Assembly: GCF_009914755.1 (NCBI RefSeq)
Contig: NC_060929.1
Length of the DNA: 64,000 nt
Strand: one strand, 5' to 3'
Source: the human T2T-CHM13v2.0 reference genome, Homo sapiens
The position numbers were made by a program, and so were the translations under genes. The notes below the pieces were generated by a model. The model was not told where the DNA came from. It saw only the letters and a program-made list of their open reading frames with translations, and ran no database searches. This document shows, one piece after another, positions 34,169 through 47,761 of the stretch (the stretch's first letter is position 1; each line of letters begins with the position of its first letter).

Positions 34169-35499
34169 CTTTATTTTCCAGACTTCTTTGCAACTAGATG
34201 TGGGCATGGGACCAATTCTTGCCCAAAGGAATGTGAGCAAAAGTGTTGAGTGCTATTCTGAGCCATGCTGTTATTTCCCTCTAACTCCCTTTCTGCTGAC
34301 TGGAATGGAAATATGGTGGTGAGTCATTGTGGATCATGCACATAATGATTGTGAACCTGGGGGATAATGGAATAGCAAGAAAGAAGGAGCCTTCACCCTT
34401 CACAATGTCATAGAACTGCAATACCAACTATGCAGAAAAGAATTGGACTTCTATCTTATTTTGGCTACTTTATTTTTGGGTCTTTGGCTTTGGCTGCCTA
34501 CTTGATCTACATATTCATTTCCTTGGTAGGCAAGTCCTATGGATACCATCTCTGAAATATATTTTGCATTTGACTGCTGTGCCCCTACCATTTGGTCCAA
34601 TCCACCATCATCTTTCCCTGGATGCTGAACCACTTACTGGCCTTGTTACTTTCATTCTTGACCTATAGAATTTGTTTTCTAATTGAAATAATTTTTTAAA
34701 AAGATTATATTACCTCCTGCTTAAAATCCTCTAGTGACATTGTCAATGCCTTCCACCTAAAGACCACCAGCAATGCACCTGCAGTAAAAAAAAGTTGGGT
34801 TTATTGCTTGTGGCTGCATACCATGGGGAGTCCTGGGGTGTTCCAGTAAGAGTATGTTAGAAGGGACTTTACTATGGATAGGTCTTGGACTTGTGTTATG
34901 TGATTTGGGGTAGTGTTTAAGAAGGCAGTGTTAATTCTGTGATTAGGTAACTTAATACATCTCATCTAGAAGAATGGAAGACTAGAATGAGGCTAAGCCT
35001 GAAACTGATTAAAAGGAAAAATCAGTAGTCATTCACGTTAGCCATGACAGAATAATGACATCTGGTCATTTTTGGTTTGGACAATGTTCATGTTTTGTCT
35101 ATGATCACTCATGGTTACAGAGTTGTCTTATTTTTGTCTAGATTCGTCACAGTCACAGGCTGGCGCTGCCTGATGTTGATGTTCAACATGAGAAATTGTT
35201 CATGTTCAATAGGAGAATATCACAGCCTACCTGTAAGGGCCTAGCCAGCACCTGACTGTCTTTCTCACTTCCCAGTACACTTATAGTAAAATTCCAACTC
35301 TTTAGTGTGATCTTCAAGGTTTTATGTAATTTGGTTCCTATCTAACTTCCAACCTAAATTTTACCACATGGTCACTGCACACCCATGACACAGGCCATTT
35401 TTGGTTTCTTAAATACAGTAAGCTTGTTCTCCCATTGGGATCTATACAAACGTGTTTGCCTCTCCCAGGAACATGTTTTTCCCAAGGGTCACTTTTTAA

Positions 35500-36162
35500 A
35501 AAAATATTTTTACTTAAATTCCGGGATACATATGCAGAAGGTGCAGGTTTGTTACATAGGTATACATGTGCCGTGGTGGTTTGCTGCACCTATCAACCTG
35601 TCATCTAGGTTTTAAGCCCTGTATGCATTAGCTATTTGTCCTAATGCTCTCCCTCCCCTTGCCCTCCACCCTAAGACAGGCCCCAGTGTGTGATGTTCCC
35701 TTCCCTGTGGCCATGTGTTCCCATTGTTCAACTCTCATTTATGAGTGAGAACATGTGGTGTTTGGTTTTCTGTTCCTGCGTTAGTTAGCTGAGAATGATG
35801 GCTTCCAGCTTCATCTATGTCCCTGCAAAGGATATGAACTCATTCTTTTTTATGTCTGCATAGTATTCCATGGTGTATATGTACGACATTTTCTTTATCC
35901 AGTCTATCATTGATGGGCATTTTGTTTGGTTCCAAGTGTTTGCTATTGTAAATAGTGCTGCAATAAACATACATGTGCATGTGTCTTTATAGTAGACTGT
36001 TTTCTATTCCTTTGGGTATGTACCTAGTAATGGGATTGCTGGGTCAAATGGTATTTCTGGTTCTAGATCCTTGCGAGGCTGTGAAGAAATAGGAACACTT
36101 TTACACTGTTGGTGGGAGTGTAAATTAGTTCAACCATTGTGGAAGACAGTCTGGTGATTCCT
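35500..36162 (-). mobile_element. L1PA 3' end with short 5' inversion and perfect 17-bp TSD
   Basis: TSD caagggtcactttttaa at 35483-35499 and 36163-36179. Confidence 0.92.
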
Positions 36163-37939
36163 CAAGGGTCACTTTTTAACTATTACTTTCTCAGACAGCC
36201 CTTCCCAGACCATCCCCTTTTCCACTCTCCCACAGTACTCTTTATACAATTTATTTTCTTTATTAAAATGTATTATGTACATGGATTTTCTGCCTTCCCT
36301 TCTAGCCTACAGGATTGATGAGAGTGGCAATCTTGTTTGTGTTGTTCCCCAAGATATATCCTCAGGACTTTTCACATGATGAGTTCTCCATAGACGTTTG
36401 TGGAATGAAGGAGCACTCAGCCTCTAGGAATGGGTGGAAGTCCAGTAAAGCCACAATTACAACATGGCATGCAGATGTGTATTGGACTTAGAGAAGAGAT
36501 ACACCCAGATGACTGGAGGCTTATTGCTAGAACATGAAGGCTTATGAGGAATCTATTGTCTCTTTCTAAACCAGATAATTGATTTCTCCAAAAAATCAAG
36601 AGATTGAGATTATTCAAGAGGCGCTCTTGGCTCAAGTAATTTGCTTTCTGCAGTAATGTCTACTATTTATACTTCTGAAATGAGAAGACCTAACTGGGTT
36701 GGTTTGCTATCACCCAATACAAAGCCTCCTTATTGGCCAGAAACTGTTGGCCTTTCTCGTTTGTAATACACCCACCAAGGTCTCAACTCAGTGTCTATGG
36801 GGACTAGGCAGGTAACTTAAATGAATGAAGCAAACTGGGTTTGTTGTTATTATGGCAACTTAAGAAGAACTTGTTCTATGTAGACCTACATCTAAGAATA
36901 TTCTTCACATCTGTAAATATATACACCCTCTCCCATGTTTCCTGAAACATATATCTTTTCAGTCTCTCTTATTTTCCCACTTTTGATAGAACACAGGGCC
37001 AAGCAGTATTTCATTTTTGTTTTTATCTTAAGAAAAACAACTGTGTAAGCACAATGGTAAATAGCCATTGAAATTTGGCCTCAGCATTGGAGATTGTGGC
37101 AACTAGAGTGCATGTTCAAACTCAAGGACAGCTGCTGAAGCTGCCTCCAGCTGAAACTGCCTTGTGGAAATGCAGTGTCTACATTTATTTAGAGAGAGAC
37201 TAGAAATCTAGAAGTTCAGGTAAAATCTCTTGATTGTTAATTGCTGGCAATTTTTAAAAACATTAAAAACTGTAAAATAAAATATGCTTGTTAAACAAAT
37301 ATGTCACCCTCCAGATTTGGCCTTTGGACTGCTAGTAGTTGGCCCCTGTCAAATATCATTGTTTCTAGATGAGTCAGTGCCAACGAGATGTGGAAAAGGA
37401 GCAGTGCTGATGTCACTGCACCCAGTATGAGCCTTGGCAGCTTTGCAGAAAGAGCCATTGCGACTACTAGACAGACCAGTAGTTCATGAGCATGGGCTGC
37501 CGCAGGAGGGTTGTCTAACTGGAGGGGGAATTGGGAGGTGGGGGGAGTCACCAAGTAAATCTTCCCAGAACTACTTAACCTAGAGGGCAAGAAGAGGTAT
37601 TCCTATTGGAGGAAGGACTACAGCACACAGAGATCTGAGAATTGTGGCACTTCTAGGAAACTTCAAACAGCACCATCTTGTAAGAGTGTAGGGTGATTGT
37701 GGGTGTGGTGCAGGGAGGTGGTGTAAGAAGGGGCAGAGGAGGCAGGAAATGAAGCTGTCGGGGGGAATGATGGCCCTGCATAATATTCTTAAGACTTTTA
37801 AATAGTGTGCAAAAGTATTTGAAGGATGCACTGAAAGATATTAATCTGGGCCTTGACGTCTTAGTCTCACAGTTGAGGTAGATCCCACCGGCAGATGCCT
37901 ACAGCATTAACTAGCAGTGGGCTTGAGGCTATTAACATT

Positions 37940-38303
37940 TTTAAATATATATACATATATATATACTTTATTTCCATAGGTTATTGGGAAACAGGTGGTG
38001 TTTGGTTACATAAATAAGTTCTTTAGTGGTGATTTGTGAAATTTTGGTGCACCTATCACCTGAGCAGTATACACTGCACCCTATTTGTAGTCTTTCATCC
38101 CTCACCCTCTTCCCACCATTTCCCCTTGAGTCCATTCTGTCATTCTTATGCCTTTGCATCCTACAGCTTAGCTCCCATTTATGAGTGAGAACATACAATG
38201 TTTGGTTTTCCATTCCTGAGTTACTTCACTTAGAATATACTTATGATAGAATAATACTCAGCCATAAAAATGAATGAATTAGTGACATTCGCAGTGACCT
38301 GGA
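37940..38303 (-). mobile_element. L1MA 3' end with short 5' inversion and perfect 16-bp TSD
   Basis: TSD tgaggctattaacatt at 37924-37939 and 38304-38319. Confidence 0.9.
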
Positions 38304-40654
38304 TGAGGCTATTAACATTCATCTGATAGAGCAAACTCTAGGTAAGCAGGAAAGCTCTTGATTCTCCCTATCGCCAACCCTCACTCCCACAGTCACTTCT
38401 AGAGTTTTGTCTGTTACTGAAGGCAGAATTATTTGAATGCCTACTTATCTACATGCCATCTTTGTTGTTGGGCCTCCTTCCTTTACTGTAACTAATTGAT
38501 TTTGGGAGCGTATATCCTTCTTACCGAGAGTCTTTTATGGTCCTGATCGGAATGTGGACTCCTCTTTGGTGAGTAAAATTTAGGTAAGTACAAGCTTTTG
38601 CTCTCGACTGTCTGAGCTGCTGAGAATATACTCGGCTATTTGCCATGACTGTAACAGCTAACACAAGAAGAGACAATGAGAAAAATGTTGACTAGTACTG
38701 TGGAGGATGGAGTTTCCAAAGGCAGCCATGTGATGGACACAGGTCAGTGGGACACCAGAAGCCTCTAGGCATCTACCTACTGACGTGCCAATGCTAACTC
38801 CGGGTAGCCCTCTCTCCTATCTGGGCCCAGGAGCTCTCTGGCTGGGTGTTGGTGGACTTGTGCAGTAGGGGGCCCACCCCCATGAACTACTCAGAACAAG
38901 CTGACAGGCACTGTAGTGACGCAAGAATGGGAGGAGGGCACTCGAATGTCTTGAGATATAGCTATTTAGCAACTGTATGGAAATATTCCAATATTTAGTA
39001 ATCATTACAGGCATACTAGTGAAATCCAGCCAAATCTTGGACCTGAATACATATGACTCTGAAAAAGATGGACATCAGAAACCTCCCCTTCTGCTGTGCC
39101 TTAGGGAAAGAGTTTTCTTCAATTTACCTAAACCATGAGTCCAGTTAGATTTCTTTGGGCTATACTTGAGGCTTTGCATAGTTATTTCCTGTGGAATGTC
39201 TTTATTTCACATTTCACAAAAGTTGTTAAACCTCTCACGTTATTACAAACCTGCTTTGCTTATATTTTTCCTAGATTATTCCAGAAGCTTGAGAAGACCA
39301 AAACTACTTGGGCAAAGGTTCTCAGAAGTAACATGGAGAAGAGATTGGAAGGAGGCAAGGTTGGAGGAAGGGATCTCTAATCCAAGTTTCAAGGAAGATC
39401 TTAAGTTTGTGGGATGGGGAAGAGGGCAGATTCAACAGCTGTTTTTGAGATTATCATTTGGAATGAAAGGAAGATTAGGATGAGTTAAATTTCTGACCCG
39501 AGTGAAGTGAAGGGTAATGATGCACTCATGGGCAATCATAGTGGATATTGGCTACAATAAGGGATTTCATTTCTCTGGCCTCAGTTTGCTGATTAGCAAA
39601 TTGGGGGTAAAATTGGGGTAATAATGGTACCTGTCTTATGGGGCTGCTTTTAGGATGACACGAGATAATGCATGCCAACTGTTTAAATCAGGGATTGAAA
39701 GGCAGTAAGTATTCAATGAATGGGGCTCAGAAAGTGTTCAGTGAATTTGCTGCAAACCACAAAGCTAGGTAAGTGATGGAGATGGGGTTCTAGCACCTGA
39801 TTAAAGCACAGTCTGGTCACTTCATCTGTTAACATTGGGTAGAAACAGTCAGAAGAGGGACAAGTCTAGGGTACAGTTATGATATGAGCTTGGTTTTGAA
39901 ATATGGAGACATTGATGGGGCTGGGAGGGGATGTCTAGGAGGTAGTTGGACACACAGGACTGAACTTAACAGAAATCTTGGCTAGAGATGTCCTTTTACC
40001 CACAGTCATCCCTCACAATGTATGTGAAGTTATAGTCATCAAGAGTGTACTACCTAATAGTCAAGTAACTGACAGATGGTGTTTAATAAAATTGTGTGAC
40101 CAAGATTATTGTAAATTCTTTAAGTGGTTTTAGTCAGATTTTTATGTTTGACTATTGATCTCTCTTGCCAAAAAATTTTTATGATGCCATAGGATTGTTA
40201 ACTGTAATGAAAAGCCCATATTTCAGAAACATAAAAGCCATCTCCTAACCATATGAAGTTTAAAGATTTCTGCACTAAAAGCCACCCCATTAAGAAGTTA
40301 ATTAACCCTCAGTCAAAATTTCTAAACTTCATCTCCTTCAACTGAAAGCAGTTTTTCAACTCTTTTAATATGCTGAATTTGTTTGTTTAACATTATTTAA
40401 GGAAGAGATTCCTATTATAGGTTGTGTCACAAGTTGAATGGGGAAAAAAAAACTTCAGTGCTCCTCAAGTTCAATCTTATTTGCTTTCTGGCACCACCAC
40501 CTACTCTTGGCCTCCCATCAGATACTTTACCACACTGTTAATGTGAAGTTGCCTGTTTGTATGTCAGAAGCTTAAACCTAAATCGAAAAAAAAAAAAAAG
40601 TGTATTTTAGATCACCTGGCTACAAGTTTATGAAGACAACACAACTGTGTATAG

Positions 40655-42721
40655 CAGAAGATAGCAAACTGTGGTTCACAGATCAAATCTGGCTTGTTGC
40701 ATGTTTTTGTATGGCCCATGAACTAAGACTAGTTTTTACATTTTTAAACTGCTGAAAAATATCAAAATAAAGATAACATTCCATGCTATATGAAAACTGT
40801 AGGAAGTAAAAATTCCATTTTATGGGAACACAGCCATGCTCATTCATTTATGCATCATTTATAGTTGTTTTCATTCTACAATGGCAGAGTTGACTATTTG
40901 CAACAAGGACTGTGTATGGTGTTTTCAATGCTACACAGTGCTCTCCAGCAACCCACTAATCACGAGGATGAGATTACAACTCCACAGCATTTAAAGTGCA
41001 TATCTCTCTCTATGGTAACATTTAAAAAAATTACCAGTGCTATAGCCACCATGTCAAAAAGAAAAGAAAGAATAGTGGGCTCCAAATGTCATGCTTCTAA
41101 GGCACAGTGGAGTGTGTATTGTTTGTTACCAAATTAAATAGCACTATGGTTTAAATGTGACCCCCCCCAAAGTTCATGAGTTGGGAATTTAATCCCCAAT
41201 ACAGCAACAGTGTTGGAAGGTGGGGCCTAATAAGATGTAATTAGTAGATCATGAGGGCTCTGCATAAATAGATTAATGTTGTTATCGTAGGAGTGGGTTA
41301 GTTATTGAGGGAGTGGTTAGTTATTGTGAGAGTGGGTTTGTTATAAAAGTGAGTTTGGGCTTCTCTTGCTCTCTGGCTCTTGCCCTGTCACCTTCCACCA
41401 CGGGATGGCACAGCAAAAAAATGCTCTTGCTGGATGTTGGCCCCTTGATATTTAACTTCCCAGCCTCCAGAGGTGTGAGCCAAATAAATTTCTGTTCATC
41501 ATAAATTACACAGTCTGTAGCATTCTGTTATAGCAGCACAAAACAAACAAAGCAGAGGAGAAAGCATTGTGTTTATTACATGTTGACACTCCAAACAATA
41601 TAATAGATTAAGCACTCATCACATCTTTTCCAACTTACACAAAAGCAATGACAAGAAAAATTAGAAAATTTAAAACAGAATATCTCATCACAGCACAATT
41701 TCTTTAAAATAATAAAAAGTGAAAATGAGACTACAACCAGAATAAGTTTCCAAGTGGCTTATTTGTTATGCAAGCAAGGCAAAATATTTTATTGATGTTG
41801 AGTTCATTAAATCATGTTTGATTATAGCAGCAGATGAAATATATCCAGTGAAAATAAATTAGTTTAAGACTTTTAGCCTTTTGGTGACACTGGTTGCTTG
41901 GTTGAGAACATTGACAGAAGCATCAATAGTGAATTTTAAAATGACTTCTAGTGGTTTTCCTTAGTTCTTGTTGACAAATATTACCAATACAGCTCAGTTG
42001 TTGTTTATTTGAGAAGTCAATGCTGAGTTCGAAGTGAATGAAGAAATAGCTTCTATGAAGAGCCTGTGTAGAAGAACTATAGGCAAGATTACTTTAAAAG
42101 AAAATGAGAAAACACTAATTCAACACAACCTGAAGTGGAATCTGCTAAGATGTGTTGCTAGTGTTCATGGTAAAAAAAATATCTGTGGAGCAGAAGAAGG
42201 CTTTTGGAGCAAATTTAGAAGGTGGGTGAAAATATAAGATATTTAAAGCTTATGATTATTAATTGTAATATTCACCATCAGGTACTTTGTGGAAAATATC
42301 TAAATCTGTGATGTTATTGAATCAGTGGTATCAAAGGTTAATTTTATTAGCTTTTCTGGACTTTTAACCATTGCCCATTTGGTAAACATTTTTTTCAGAA
42401 ATAGAAAATAAATATCCTGTCAGATCAGCATTAACATATGAATATTTGAATCAATTTCGATAAGGCACATTAACTTTGAACTCCAATAAGGTGAAATGTG
42501 ATATCATTCCCAAAATGTATTTTTTTTTGCCTTACTAAGCTAGTATTACAAAAAATACTCATTCACATGATATTTTGAATTTTATTAATAAAAAAAATTT
42601 AGAACCTTTTTTCTTTCTTTACATAAGTACCTGCATCCTACATATATACTTGATTTTGCTTTCTGGACTGCAAAGACTAAAATACTATCTGTGACTTTAC
42701 AGAAAATGTTTGGCATCCTCT
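40655..42721 (+). mobile_element. hAT-Charlie DNA transposon remnant (Cheshire/MER58-like) with decayed transposase
   Basis: MER58-like ends (agcaaactgtgg...caaatctggc; ctttacagaaaatgtttg); MSKRKERIVGSKCHASKAQWS start near 41051. Confidence 0.65.
41143..41556 (+). mobile_element. MST-type MaLR LTR inside the hAT element
   Basis: ctatggtttaaatgtg...caaagttcatg...ttctgttatagcagcacaaaac. Confidence 0.75.
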
Positions 42722-42749
42722 ATTGTATAGTCCCAATTTATAACATTGT

Positions 42750-43269
42750 TGTGATAGCTAGTTTTGTGAGTCAACTTGGCAAGGCTATGGCCCAGTTATT
42801 CAATCAAATACCAATCTTCACAATCTTCACAGGGGTTGCTGTGAAGTACTTTGTAGATGTGATTAACATCTACCATACATTGAATTTAATTAAGGGAGAT
42901 TATCCTCAATACATTTGGTTGGTGTGATCCAATTAGTTGACAAACCTTATGAATAGAACTGAGGTTCCTTGAAAAAGAAGAAATTCCTCCTGAGGACATC
43001 TGCCTGTGAGTTTCCAAACTGCTCTTCCTGACAGCCCCACAATCGCATTAGCCAATCCCCAATCTCTCTCTGTCTCTCATATACATATATATGTATGTGT
43101 ATATATATATATATATATGCATATATGTATGTGTATATATATATATATATGCATATATGTATGTGTATATATATGCATATATGTATGTGTATATATATGC
43201 ATATATGTATGTATGTGTATATATATGCATATATGTATGTATGTATGTGTATATATATATGCATATATG

Positions 43270-43301
<32 letters not shown>

Positions 43302-43340
43302 AAATCTCCTACTCTGGTCATCTGGTGGAACCCTAATACC
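42750..43340 (+). mobile_element. MLT2 LTR containing an expanded (TA/TG/CA) compound microsatellite at 43080-43300
   Basis: tgtgatagctagttttgtgagtcaacttggc start, ctggtggaaccctaatac end. Confidence 0.75.
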
Positions 43341-43821
43341 ACTGCTGACTGTATAAGACATTATTACCTAATTTGTGCTGCTAGAAAACAGAAAAGAAAA
43401 TAACTGCAGATAAAACAAAATCAATAATTTTTTGTTGCTCCAGTTCAGCTGTGATATTGCCTAATCTATCTTAATGACTCTCCAGTGTAAGGCAGAAAGG
43501 GGTAGTGAGAGTCATGAATAAAGAAAGAAAACTCAGCAAAACTTAAATTCAGCCTTATCACTGTGGATCAGACTTTTTTTTTTTTTTTTGGACAGAATCT
43601 GTTCTCAGAGCAAAAATGAGATTTTTCGAGGAAATGTCTCCATTAGCCTAACTCTAGGGCTCTTTTCCTGGGTCCCACTGTTGCTGGCTGTGACAGCACC
43701 CTTCACCTTGCAGTGATGTTGGTAAATAGTGTATTTACGTATTTTCAGAGTAGAGCTTCTAGAGCTTACATCAGATTTTCCAACGGGTTTGTAGCACCAA
43801 AACGATAAAAAGCTGTAAATG

Positions 43822-44330
<509 letters not shown>

Positions 44331-44379
44331 AGGGGAGTTAAGGAGGTTTGTTCAGTCCCTAGGCACGGCAATCAGGAAA

Positions 44380-45075
44380 CTCTCTGCACTTGCGGTGGTG
44401 GTCTGGCGAGCCCCAGGTGGGGACTGGCCTCTGCTCCCTCGCCTGGGGAGGAGACAAAGTGGGAGTGGTCCCCAAGTTTTGCGTGAAGTGGGGTGGGGTG
44501 GCGTGTCTTAGCCTACGGGGCACCAGCCTTCTAGTGTGCCCCTGCCCAACGGGAGGGAGGAGGGAGCGGGGAGCCCCGGCGAGGGAGGAGAGGGCGGGCC
44601 CTGAGAGGAGTTTGAAAAGAGGAAGGAAGTGGGGCCCTGCGGCGCCCAGCCACCCCCTGACGGCTTCCCCACGGGAGGACGCGAGGCCCCGGCCCAGCCA
44701 TGGCCCCCTGGCGCAAAGCTGACAAGGAGCGGCACGGCGTGGGTAGGTGCGGGCCCCAGGGCGCGGCAGGGAGCGGGACAGGTGGCGGGAGAGCCGCGAG
44801 CAGGAGGATGCTGCGGGGCCGGCGGCGCGGGGTGGGCAGGGCGCGCTGCCTGCAGGTCAGAGGGCGCAGCCTGCGGCGGGGCCTCGGGGCGGGAAAGCCG
44901 AGGCTCGGGGAGAGGATGGCGGGACCCCACCCCGCAGGCTAAGCACAGCCCTCGCCCTCTCGCCTGCTGAGGGAACCTTAGACATTTCCGAGATAGGGTC
45001 AAGACCTGCGCTTGACAACTCAGTTCTTCGCGCCAAACTCGGCGTCCCCAGGAGTGCCCCAGCTCGCCGCGTGGG
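44380..45075 (+). promoter_or_regulatory. DOCK2: DOCK2 CpG-island promoter, TATA-less, with GC box (44592-44597) and PU.1/ETS-like aaaagaggaaggaagtg (44615-44631)
   Basis: Sharp rise in GC and CpG around the ATG; motifs read directly. Confidence 0.85.
44700..44742 (+). CDS. DOCK2: DOCK2 exon 1 coding part (MAPWRKADKERHGV)
   Basis: Strong Kozak gccATGG, GTAGGT donor at 44743; recalled DOCK2 N-terminus. Confidence 0.97.
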
Positions 45076-47219
45076 AGACTTGGCCTTGTAGAGGGAGCTC
45101 CACTCTCCCCTGGCTCAGCCTTGGCCTGCCCACCATGCATACTTCCACCCCCTCCAAAGCGACACCCATTTGCCTGCTTCCCCTGTCTGTTCCTCCTGGG
45201 TCAGATGACTCCTGATTTGGCAGGGCATCCAGAGGGCAGCTCAAGCTTGGGGGAATGGGGCTGGACGGTGGGGTTCTCTACTCAGCCCCCCAGAGCCTCT
45301 GGGGAAAAAGGCTCCCGCCAGGTGGTCTTAGGGTAACCAAGAAGCTAGCTTCGTCAGCCTCAGCCATCTAAACTCCCAGAAGCCTCTGCCTGGAGCTCAG
45401 GGGCGGAAGTGGTGGCTGGGGGAAGGGAGGCCTCAGGTGCTGCTACTCTAAGTGTCATCCGTGGTGCAATCTCCATGGACTCACTGTGGTTTTTAAACTT
45501 AAATATCAAATAAAAAGTCACTCTGGAGCTTCCTACACAGGCGGATACCAGACACCATCTCAGAGATAAATATTTCGCAGGTGAGGCATTGGAAGACCCA
45601 AACACCCAGAGGGATTTGATGCAGGGGGTCCCCAGGCCACTGTTTGGGAAACACTGCCCTGGAGAGATCAGCAGTTATCCACTCAATTACTGGGTACCGG
45701 GCACTGTGGGGTCATTTTGATATAAATGGTCCCCATCCAGAGAACAAATAATAATTCATATCTCAAGGGGCAGTTACAAAGTAAGGAAGGATACAGCTTC
45801 TGCCCTTGAGGAGTTATGTGTAAGGCTAGAGGCTTGGACTGGGAAGTCAGAACTGAGTTCAAATCAGGGTCTGTTTCCTCGTCTATAAAGTGGAAGTAAT
45901 AATAATGCAGGTCTCATGAGACTCTTGTGAGGATTGAATGGGGTTATGCATGGAAAGCATTTAGTAGTGTGCTGGCTCAATAAGAGTTAGTGATTCAGGT
46001 CCAGGGTCTTACCTAGCAGCTTCAGAACCAAGAGACACCAGCACCAAGATGCACCCTAATGCCAGATTCAGGACAGTCATGCCTTATGAGACTGTAGTAT
46101 TTCATGGTTTGCAAGACCAAAGGTCATGCAATCTCTGTCTGACTTCAGAACCCCCATGTGAGGCAGTGTATTATTCCCAACTTACAGGTGAAGTAACCAA
46201 GTTTACATCACTTGGAAGCAATGGAGCGGGCCTTAAATTCAATTGTCTTCAGACCCTAGGCCCTTTGCATGGCACCAGAAAAGCATCTAGAAGGGGAACA
46301 TCATGGGTAAAGGCAGGGAACTGGCATCCCTGAAGTGTGTGGGTCAAACAATAAGTAGTCTGTTTTGGTTTTAGTATTGCTTTTAGTGTTAAAAAAATTT
46401 CAGAGGTAGATTATGGCTAGATTGTGAAGGGCTTTGAGTGCCAACCTTCAAAGTTTGGATTTCCTTCTCTGAGCACTGGAGGTTTTGAGCAGTGTCATCT
46501 GGAAGAAGTTAAATAGTTAATTAGGATAGGAGTGGGGAATTGGACTTAGAATAGAAGGAAAATGGGTAACAGTTTTACCTGTCTGCTGACTGCCTGGTTA
46601 ATCTAGCAGGAGGTCACTTATAATCAACATTGCCTGTTAACCTTTACTAGGTTAATCCACTCTGCCTGAGGCTCTTGTCAGTGAAGAGAGCTTTCTCCTT
46701 GCAGGAGAGAGGAAAGGGCAGAAAAGAAGGAGGTAGAAAGAGAAACTAACAGTATCAGTTAGGGTTAAGTGTGACAAAGGGTGACAGAAAACCTCCAAAA
46801 TTGTGGCCTAACCAAGCTGCAAGTTTATTTCTGTCTCTCATGGAAAGCTCAGAAATGGTCTGTGAAGAGGTGGTAAGGTGGCTCATTCTATATCTCACAC
46901 TGTATCCTTGGCATGTGACTTCTGCCTCCTGAGCCACATAGGCTGCTTAAGCTTCGGTGATCAGGTCCACCTTCCAGCCAGCAAAAAGGATGCAGGGAAA
47001 AAGAAGGTCATGGCTTTTCCCTTTAAAGACATTTTCCTGAAGGCACACTTGACATTTCTTCTTACATTACATCCTATTGGCAAAAATGTAATCACATGAC
47101 TGACTATAGCTGCAAGGGAAGCTAGGAAATGTAGTCTGTAATGTAGGCAGCCATGTACCCAGCTAAAAATTAGGAGTTCTCTTCATAAGTAAGGAGAGGA
47201 GGAAGAATATTGAGGATGA

Positions 47220-47610
47220 TATATTAGTTTGCTCGGGCTGCTGTAGCAAAATACCACCAACTGGGTGGCTTAAACAACAGAAATGTATTTTCTCACAGTT
47301 CTCGAGGCTGGAAGTCTAAGATCAAAGCACCACCAGGGTTGGCTTGTCTCATGGCCTATCTCCATGGTTTGCAGATGGCTGTCTTGCTGCCTCTTCATTG
47401 CTTTCTGTGCAGGCACACCCTTGCTGTCTCTTCCTCCTGTCATGAGAACACCGGTCATATTGGATTAGCATCCCACCCTAAAGGACTCATTTTAACTTAA
47501 TAATTCCTTTATCTCCGAATATGCACTTATCTCCAAATAGGAGTACCTTCTGAGACACTGATGACTGGGACTTCAGCATAAGAATTTTGGTGGGGACACA
47601 AATTCATGAC
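47220..47610 (-). mobile_element. MLT1 MaLR LTR
   Basis: tattagtttgctcgggctgctgtagcaaaataccac...ggcttaaacaacagaaat. Confidence 0.8.
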
Positions 47611-47761
47611 AAATAATCTGTGGTCTCTGGCATGGTATTTTGGGACTATAAAGAGGGCTTCAAGGCAGGAGTCCTGAGATAAAGGGTGAGGGTAGAAAAG
47701 AGTTTTGTTTACCCTGAAGCTGAGCCTGCCAGGCAGATTTGTGTGGGACTCTAGTTATTCT

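Noticed and set aside
42947-43403. Six overlapping Y/I/H/M/C-rich ORFs
   Set aside because: Translation artefacts of a TA/TG microsatellite
44390-45244. Multiple long G/A/P/R-rich ORFs on both strands
   Set aside because: Stop-codon scarcity in a CpG island; only 44700-44742 is supported as coding
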